From Eledone cirrhosa (Eukaryota): DNA of 64,000 nucleotides. Position 1 is the first letter of the stretch, and every line of letters starts with the position of its first letter. This document shows, piece after piece, positions 55,497 through 64,000 of the stretch. The notes under the pieces were generated by a model, which was not told the origin of the DNA, searched no databases, and saw only the letters and a list, made by a program, of their open reading frames with translations. Both the position numbers and the translations under genes were made by a program. The stretch lies in NCBI GenBank assembly GCA_964016885.1, contig OZ024742.1, positions 48,050,001-48,114,000 of the forward strand. Reading direction: 5' to 3'.

Positions 55497-55960
55497 ATTT
55501 GAGAATGTGTTGGCTAATTACCGACACTTCAGTATGCATGTTAGGGCACTCAATGAAGTGCGCTGGTGGGTCTGTTTCTCGGGAGTAATTTAAAAACAAG
55601 AAGTGTAATCAACCGGTTAAGATTAACTTCATTTATTCATATTCGCTGTCACATATATATCGGTGATAACCATTATGCTACAGTCATGACCTCATCAGAC
55701 AGCTATGATTTGGATAGAAAAAAGCAGAAAAACATAATGATGGAACAAGGTTTACATCTCTTATTTCGATCTTTTAATATCGCAGTGTTGTTTTGTCAAA
55801 GCACTGATATGCCACCACTACTTTGCCAAAACAACACCATACTTCAGCATTGGGCATATCAAAATATAGAAATAAAAGTTGTAAAATTTGTTCCATCATT
55901 GTGTTTTTCTTGGATTCTTAGGTTAAAATTCTAGCTGTCTGATGAGGTCATGGCTGTAAG
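55497..55960. mobile_element. Older relative of the 59291-59665 hammerhead element
   Basis: 55499-55590 resembles 59291-59385. Minus-strand gctgt-CTGATGA-ggtcatgac..gttatcacc-GATA..acagc at 55645-55703. Partial inverted arm at ~55925-55958. Confidence 0.65.
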
Positions 55961-57104
55961 CTAAATATTTTAACTTGTACTTTTTGTTGATATTACATAC
56001 ATTTTCCTTCAAACTTCTAATACAGCCATATCTGTGAAGATGACTATTTTCATATTTTAATTTTATCCTCAACCCATATGTATATATATATATAATTGGG
56101 TTGTGTGTGTGCGTCGAACTAAATGCCTCATCGTATTTTGTTTTGTACATGTATTCAGGTTAAAAGTAAATCGGGATAAAATGATATACCTATCCAATCA
56201 GATGAATCTTCAACCCATTCACATAAATTGGTTAATAGTTGATCCATCAATATATACATTAATATTGTTTTATCTAGTCAAAGGAAGTAATATGCATGTA
56301 TAAATTTGTTAATTTCAAATGTCTGTGACATAGAAATCCCATTTTGGAAGAAAATATTTTCCCAAGCTTACTTAATATTGTTCCAATGATAAATGCTTGC
56401 AGCTCTTATGATGCTATAGAATATAGCTTGTTGAAATCGAGTAATATTGGGGATATCTATGATACTGTAAATTCGATGCACTTAGACTGGGTGAACGAAC
56501 AAAGATAGTACATCCTATGGTTTCCTATTAAAATGAATTAATGTGCTGCCGAAATTGGAATATAATGGGTATATATTATTCTCTTCTAAACATCAGTGAT
56601 AGACTACCGAGTCAAGTGTCGAAACACTTTGTATCAAGTGAATTCGGCTGAAGGTGACACATATGCTGTGTCACAGAGTAAAAAACAACTACAACTACGA
56701 TACTTCACAATAAACTTCAACTTCACACTTTTAGTATGTTGTACTGGAAGTTTACATAAATTCTAGATCCTTATCAAAATAATTTGAAACGGAAAAAAGA
56801 ATAGTATTGGAAAATATACTAGTGTGTGAGCAAAATATTTTGAGAAAAAAACGCACTATTGGTATTTTATATTTATTTTACATTTCTCACATTCATATAG
56901 ACACTCTCATACACAGATACATACACGCGCACACATATGCATATATATATATATATATATATTAATAAGGTAATGAATTCTTTTACAATGGAATCAGCTC
57001 GAAGGAGGAAAAATACCCCCTGAGCAGTGTATAAATTAATATGTATGTGATGAAACACAGATACCAACACATCTGTATATATATGGCAAAAGAAAAATTC
57101 TCTG

Positions 57105-57232
57105 GATGTTTACTGAGGAGAGCAGGGCATGATATTCCTACACTTATTTAACTCGAAACATATTTGGATCTTAAAGTCTAAACTTATCTACAGAACAGGT
57201 TTGATTTTGAAATTTAAATGTGTCTAAACATC
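57105..57232 (+). ncRNA. Canonical type I hammerhead ribozyme, copy 1
   Basis: gatgttta-CTGAGGA-gag...ctc-GAA-ACATATTTGGAT...ATTTAAATGTGT-C-taaacatc. GUC cleavage after 57224. Confidence 0.9.
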
Positions 57233-57622
57233 ACTGCCTCTTGGCAATACAGTTCGTCTCCGTTGATTTATTATTTTAAATCGATATGGACAAACTGTAG
57301 TATAATAATTAGTATACTTCAATCTGGCTAAATTTTTCTTTTGCAATATATATACAGATGTGTTGGTATCTGTGTTTCATCACATACATATTAATTTATA
57401 CACTACTCAGGGGGTATTTTTCCTCCTTCGAGCTGATTCCATTGTAACAGAATTCATTACCTTATTAATTTTAACTGCTCCTAGTTTGAGCTGCAAGCCG
57501 CCTTATATATACGACTGTTATTTCTAGCAGTACGGTTATGAGACTAGTTAGATACTGTAAAGCCATGTGCGTCACGCAGTCTTTTAAATTATTTAGAAGT
57601 GAAGCATATCAATTTGTCTCTG

Positions 57623-57750
57623 GATGTTTACTGAGGAGGGCAGGGCATGATATTCCTACACTTATTTAACTCGAAACATATTTGGATCTTAAAGTCTAAA
57701 CTTATCTACGGAACAGGTTTGATTTTGAAATTTAAATGTGTCTAAACATC
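57623..57750 (+). ncRNA. Canonical type I hammerhead ribozyme, copy 2
   Basis: Same fold as copy 1, with stem II ggg/ctc. GUC cleavage after 57742. Confidence 0.88.
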
Positions 57751-57911
57751 ACTGCCTCTTGGCAATACAGTTCGTCTCCGTTGATTTATTATTTTAAATC
57801 GATATGGACAAACTGTAGTATAATAATTAGTATACTTCAATCTGGCTAAATTTTTCTTTTGCGATATATATACAGATGTGTTGGTATCTGTGTTTCATCA
57901 CATACATATTA

Positions 57912-58000
<89 letters not shown>

Positions 58001-59290
58001 TATATAGATATATACATACATATATATATATATATGCATATATATATATGTATGTGTGTGTGTTAGCATATATATATATATATATGTGTGTCCGTGTGTC
58101 CGTTTGTAGTTGACATACGAGAACGAAGAGTAATCAATACCAAAGTAGAGTTCAAATATTCATTTATTCAGGCTAAAAATAGTGAGTCTTCTTAATTTTT
58201 AGTTACACATGCGCACTCACAGGTCCGTGAGATGACAGTTAAATTTACAATAGTTGAGATATCACAAATGACGGAAGATTCCGGGCATGTGGAGAGGGGT
58301 CCTACTTGAAAAGAGGAATTAATAAGACGAAAATATAACAAGAATGATGGCAGTGGCAGTGGGGTTTGCATTAGGGATGGATTTAGATCTTGGTTTTCCC
58401 GGGGCACTTTAGATTTTTGGGAGGAGGTCCTCATACACAAAAAGTTAGAATATACAGCAAACCCCAAACTTGACATATCAATGTCAGCTTAGCGCAATTA
58501 ATTGAAAAGTTATACATACAGGTATGAAATTCAAAAATTCTAACCATCCTAGCTGAAGGCACAAATATATTTCTACTACCGTCCCTGGTAGGATCCTCCT
58601 GCCCCACACAGACACACACTGCAGGTGTCCGAGGTAATTGCCCATTTTGCCCTCGGTTTATATAAGGTCCTGGTTGGCATAGAGATATTTGAAGACGGTA
58701 ATAATCGATATGTAGTGGAGGATAAATGGAAGAAAAAATAGTTTTTAAATGTTGATCTCCTGAAATAGATATTGTGTGTGTATGCATATATATATATATG
58801 TATAATAACTAGAGATTGATTAACATATAAATAAACATGAATAATCACAGGAGATAATTTTTACAAGTGTGTAACCACACATAGCTAGGTAGGTAACTAA
58901 ATAAAGTTGACCAGAACTTCAAAAATAGATACCTTATAATATGATTAATCTTCCCTGCATATATTCCATTAAAGAAATATATTTCACCAATTAATCAGAT
59001 GGTAAACCACGGAAGTGGAGACTGGATTTACAACAAGGAAGAGCTTTCCAGCAATCCGTGTTTGCACTTCAAGTTCAAATCAGCGACAGGCCAGCACGTG
59101 TAGTATTTACTAGAAATACACACGTCATACTAGCTTCATCCCAGTGGCGTGAATATGGTTATCGACAACTAGATTTTTTGCGGGTGATATGGCGCATGTC
59201 TTTCTGGCATGACACCCATAATTTTGATTTAGATTAAATTCATTTGATTTATCTTAATTTTGGATAAAGATATATATATATATATATATA

Positions 59291-59664
59291 TTGAGTATAT
59301 GTTGGTTGTTTACCGACACCTAAGTATGCAGATTGGAGCACTGGACAAAGTACGCAGGTTGGTTTATTTATACCGGAGTAATGTAAAATACTTAACTCAA
59401 ATATGTAAACTTTGCGTTCGTTTATTATAAATTATAGATATACTGCTATATATATTTCGGTGACAGCCATCATTCGTTGTGACCTCTTCAGGCATTCCGA
59501 ATTGGTGTGGCAATGTGTACCTATCATGTGTACCTATCATTCCCACACCAAGTCGGACTGCCTGAAGAGGTCACAGCCAATGATGGCTGTCACCGAAATA
59601 TATATAGCAGTATATCTATAATTAATAATAAACGAAGGCAAATTTTACATATTTCACTTAATTA

Positions 59665-59665
<1 letters not shown>
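59291..59665. mobile_element. Non-coding fold-back element with hammerheads
   Basis: Arms ~59392-59514 and ~59539-59661. The centre holds a 13-bp direct duplication tgtgtacctatca. (TA)n flanks. Confidence 0.83.
59557..59611 (+). ncRNA. Type I minimal hammerhead ribozyme (mirror 59442-59495, -)
   Basis: actgc-CTGAAGA-ggtcacagcca atga tggctgtcacc-GAAA-TATATA-TA-gcagt. Confidence 0.87.
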
Positions 59666-59725
<60 letters not shown>

Positions 59726-59730
<5 letters not shown>

Positions 59731-62327
59731 ATAATAATAAATTTGAAGACTAAAATCCAAAGAGGGCTCGATAAGGATAAATATATATCAAATATATAAG
59801 AATTGTAGAGCAAATATTTATTAAAATAACAGATTAAAGTTTAAGCAAAGAATCGCTAATTTCACCCTTAACGGGATCTTCTGAAACTAACAAAGTAAAT
59901 CTGTAAACGCAGAACTGGATATTTCAAAAAACGATGCAACCGGAGGAAGACAGGAAGACGATACTTTGGTTCGTGGAAACGTTCGCTAGCAAAGAACGGG
60001 AAAAAACGAATAATGCGTCATTAATAGGGGCGGTGAAAAACAATTACGCGCAAAAACAGAACCACGTTATGGTATAAAAGAGGTCGTAGACTAATGTTCT
60101 CTTAGGTGGTGCATAGAGATGTTCTCTGGCAATGAACGAAAAAAACGAAGATAATACGTCATATGTGGTGCGTGGAGAACAATAGCACGCAAAGACAAAA
60201 CCACGTAAATGGTATAGCAGACGTCGTAGACTAAAATTCTAACTAGGAGACCAAATGAATCTCCGCTACAGAATTAAGAACAAGTAAATAAATACAATAC
60301 AGAAGTAATATAAATAAATAAATACATACACGCAAAGAAATACGTACATACACAAGCATACGCAAAACCTTACCATAGGTATAAAAAACCACGCACATAT
60401 AAATATGTGTGTGTGTGTATGCGTGTATACAAATAAATAAATAATTATATAAAAGTATATAAATAAATAAATACGTATATAACAAGCGCACACATATACC
60501 TACATATAAATACACGAATGTTCGGAGACGTAAGTCAAATAAAACAAGAAGTACACGTATACACACACCCACCATACGTACGAACCCGTATACTCACACA
60601 GACGCAAAACTCCCGTATACACATAGCCAAACCCTATGTACCAGAATATATAAAATTATACGCCAAAACAATCAAATATACGTAGGAGAAGGTATACGTA
60701 CCTTCACAAAACAAACGGGTAATACATACTTACCTATGCAAATAAGTAAAGGAATAAACAAAACATATACTTATCTCCCACATCAACACGTAAAATATCC
60801 ACGTATAGATCGTACTATCCGTTAGGGTATAACGTGGGGCTGTAATACAGGAAAGTTTTGTGCAATTTATGTTTACAAGCCGAAATTGCCTCAGATTTTT
60901 TTGTTTAAGATGTGGTCTGTGGTGTAGAGTATTTACAGGGCCTCAGCGGCGCAGAGGTCACATGGTCTTTAATTTCCGTTATAAGATCTAGCCCTAGCTA
61001 GGATTTCCCAGTGTAACTTATATTGGGTGTGGTTGTCTTATAGACTCCAGATATAAGCTGAAAGTGACGTCATATTCCTTCTTAGAGGGTAACGAAAAGA
61101 ATGGGTATGCATGTAAAGGTGCTACTTGAAACTATTGGCGGTTAACCCTTTGTAGGCCCTACGCGAGTGGGTGTTACAACCTTACATTTGTAGACAATGT
61201 TACTAGAGAGGCATTTCCCGGATATGGGGCAATCAGCCCGATTCCTACAATTACAGTTAGTACTAACTACAGGGTTGCACGTGTTCCTACGGCTAGGTAA
61301 TTTAGCTAAATTTGAAGCTGTCATGTTATGTGCAAGGTTAGGCGTCGTAGAGTAAGAAATTTTAATAGTATTTCTATTAAAAATTTTACTATATTTATGT
61401 GTAGGGGGAAAATGCTTCGTAATAAGGGAAATAAATATCTTAGCTAATGGTGTGGCCACCTCCATATTATATGGTGGGTTATACCAACAAATGCGACGGG
61501 ATCTATTTCTTCTAGGTCTATTTTCGTACTCAGTATAAGCTACCTTATCGACAAATCCACTTCGAGCAAGAGCTTCATTGTAATAAGTGGAATGGTCGTT
61601 GAAAATACGCTCGTTGATGGAAAGACGGGAAAGTCTCAACGAAACGTTTCTTACCAGGTTCTTGGTTATGCTGGCAGGATGGTTGGAATGCTTACTTATG
61701 TAATTAAGCGTATCATTCGGCTTTCTATACGGGTAATACAACCCATTCAATAAATTGAGGGTAACGTCGAGTTAATTAATGACCGAGAGATTGGCCTCAA
61801 CCTGTATAGAGAGGTTGAAGCCTTTAAAGAAGGCTGTGAGTTCTTTTCTGAACCTGTCGCAAGCACGAGGTCCGCACTTAGTCATGGTCAAAAGACCATC
61901 GTCACGGTACAAACCACCGCCCGCGTTGGGGAATTCGTCCTTGATAGAGTAAAGAAGGAAAAGGCCAATAAGATCAGTAACCTCCGTAGAGTCACTGGCG
62001 CCCATACTCACGTCGAGTGGGGTACTATTGGATATTTTAATCCAAATAGAGTCGTCGAAATTAATCACCGACTTTCGGGCATTGAGGATGACATCGACTT
62101 CGAAATCCTTAACCACTGTGAGTGTTTTAGCGAAATTGATAGCTCTAAGGAGAAGAAAGTATGGGCGCCAGTGACTCTGCGGAGGTTACTGTTCTTATTG
62201 GCCTTTTCCTTCTTTTCTCTATCAAGGACGAATTCCCCAACGCGGGCGGTGGTTTGTACCATGACAATGGTCTTTTAACCATGACCAAGTGCGGACTTCG
62301 TGCTTGAGACAGGTTCAGAAAAGAACT

Positions 62328-62331
<4 letters not shown>
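59726..62331 (-). mobile_element. 5'-truncated, frameshifted Naiad-like Penelope element with 5' inverted RT segment
   Basis: DVSMGASDSTEVTDLIGLFLL, GLYRDDGL, YYPYRKPND..YI...SNHP, CNCRNRADCPISGKC, NIVYKC. pLTR at 59726-59980. 62158-62331 is the reverse complement of 61835-62008. Confidence 0.92.
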
Positions 62332-62407
<76 letters not shown>

Positions 62408-62834
62408 AATAATGGAGCTGCGGCGTTGCAAATGGGTTACATATCAAAAAGTTGGTCCTTCATCAGTGGCCTTCCAACCGTCGTAGGCATTTCATCGCTT
62501 TAAAGGCCATATACCTCAGGTTGGTGCGAGCTACGGCTAAAAAAAGTCGTTGGGACACGTAAATAAAGGGGACGCTAGGGTAAACAAACAAAATGGTTTA
62601 AGCAACAGAAAGTGATGAAGAAGAAAGAAACAAGTCCCAGATTTCTATGAATATAAATTCGGTGGAATCGTGAACGAGAGAATAAAGACCATCATTATAT
62701 GACCATATTATATTATGTTATATTATATATATTACATTATATTACTTAACTCTGCCTTTCATCCGGGGTCGATAAAATAATGTACCAGTAATGCACTGGG
62801 TTATTTCTGGCCTTGTGTCAAAAGTAGAAACAAT

Positions 62835-62881
<47 letters not shown>

Positions 62882-62882
<1 letters not shown>

Positions 62883-63579
62883 GATATGTGTCAGAAGAAT
62901 CACAGAACTGATGTCACAAAAGATTTATTTCAAACCCAAACTTCACATTAAGAGTTTTCTTACTGCAAAGTAATCCCCCTGGAGTATGTAACTGTAATCT
63001 TAGCTCTATGTAGCGATCACAATTTTTTCTTCATAATTTTATATAATTGTTTCTACGTTAGGCACAAGGCCAGCAATTATCCAGTGTATTACTGGTACTT
63101 TATTTTATCGACCCCGTAAGGATGAAAGGCAAAGTTAACCTCGGCAGGATTTGAACTCAGAATGGCAAATTCAGGTCGTTAAGCAAAGAGTACAGAGCAA
63201 CGAACAAACTTGAAGTTTCTGGTACGGTTGGGGAAAACTCCGCTGCTGCAAGTGTGCCAGGACATTCTCGAGCATATTGAAAGCGGACCAGACTTCCTAG
63301 GGACAGTCATCATCGGTGATGAGTCATGGATCTTCGAGTACCACCCGGAGGGGGACCCGTTTTGAAGTCGTAGACGACATCAAAAAGGCTGTGACGACGG
63401 AACTGCGGAGGATCCCGGAAGAATCCTTCCAGGAGTGCATGCAAGTGTGGCAGAAAAGGATGGAAAAGTGCATTAGACTTGAGGGGGATTACGTTAAAGG
63501 AGAAAATTCTTAGTGTGAAGTTTGGGTTTGAAATAAATCTTTTGTGACGTCAGTCCTGGAACTTCTCTGACACATCTCG
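62882..63579 (+). mobile_element. Internally deleted mariner with ~100-bp TIRs, TA target site and nested SINE
   Basis: 62882-62980 is the reverse complement of ~63482-63579, with TA on both sides. Transposase remnants FLGTVIIGDESWIFEY and IPEESFQECMQVWQKRMEKCIRLEGDY. Confidence 0.88.
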
Positions 63580-63605
63580 TATATATATATATATATATAT
63601 ATACA

Positions 63606-63717
<112 letters not shown>

Positions 63718-63722
63718 TATCT

Positions 63723-63890
63723 ATAGTAATAATAATAAATGTGAAGACTAAAATCCAAAGACGGCTCGATAAGGATAAATATATATCAAATATATGAGAA
63801 CCCTTGAGCAAATACTTATATAAAATAACATATTGAAGGTTAAGGGTGAAAGCAGCGATTCTTAGCTTAAACTTTAATCTGTTATTTTAT
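63723..63890. mobile_element. Short two-ended Naiad pLTR insertion
   Basis: Reverse pLTR tail followed by forward taagggtgaaagcagcgattcttagcttaaact, between TA tracts. Confidence 0.82.
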
Positions 63891-63898
63891 ATATATAT

Positions 63899-64000
63899 AT
63901 ATTAGTAAAAGGAAAAGAAAATGCTGACAAATTTGTCCCAGTGAAAAATAGTTTAATTAGGAATAGGCAAAAATTAGTAATAAGTATTGGTTAATATTCA
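63899..64000 (-). mobile_element. Terminus of another Neptune-family pLTR (runs off the window)
   Basis: gaaaatgctgacaaat..gaaaaat.gtttaattaggaata resembles 34957-35057. Confidence 0.7.

Larger units (their letters stand above)
56961..57918 (+). mobile_element. Retrozyme-like element: 518-bp unit in partial tandem with 5' inverted segment
   Basis: Direct repeats 57099-57400 and 57617-57918 differ by 3 mismatches. 56961-57099 is the reverse complement of 57331-57469. No coding capacity. (TA)n flanks. Confidence 0.85.

Noticed and set aside
57099-57918. All three differences between the direct repeats are A/G, suggesting captured ADAR editing
   Set aside because: Only three sites, and two are CG/CA pairs equally explained by CpG decay.
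62298-62312. Cys-to-TGA codon (RA*DR versus RACDR) as possible selenocysteine, since some Naiads are reported to encode selenoproteins
   Set aside because: Single change in a decayed inverted duplicate. The main copy and all Zn-finger cysteines use TGY, and no SECIS was recognised.
62415-62470. Minus-strand CTGATGA followed by GCAAC as another hammerhead
   Set aside because: Stems I and III cannot be paired convincingly.

Overview
AT-rich, microsatellite-dense eukaryotic DNA that is intergenic or intronic. The repeat landscape suggests a cephalopod such as octopus, but that is inference. No host gene is recognisable, and most listed ORFs are microsatellite artefacts. The window is a collection of transposons: one apparently intact full-length L1/Tx1-type LINE (47.3-53.4 kb) in (TAA)n, degraded Tx1, RTE, CRE-like and R4-like LINE pieces, tRNA-derived SINEs and an internally deleted mariner. 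Its most distinctive content is a set of Penelope-like elements (PLEs; Naiad- and Neptune-type) and small non-coding relatives. Nearly all of these sit in (TA)n tracts as fold-back (inverted-repeat) insertions, with arms from about 130 bp to 4.4 kb. Reading them by eye gives at least seven unrelated type I hammerhead ribozyme (HHR) families, some with non-canonical cores. The best candidate for an undescribed system is a retrozyme-like unit at 56961-57918: two canonical HHRs exactly 518 nt apart plus a PLE-style 5' inverted segment. All structures were derived manually; no folding software or database search was run.
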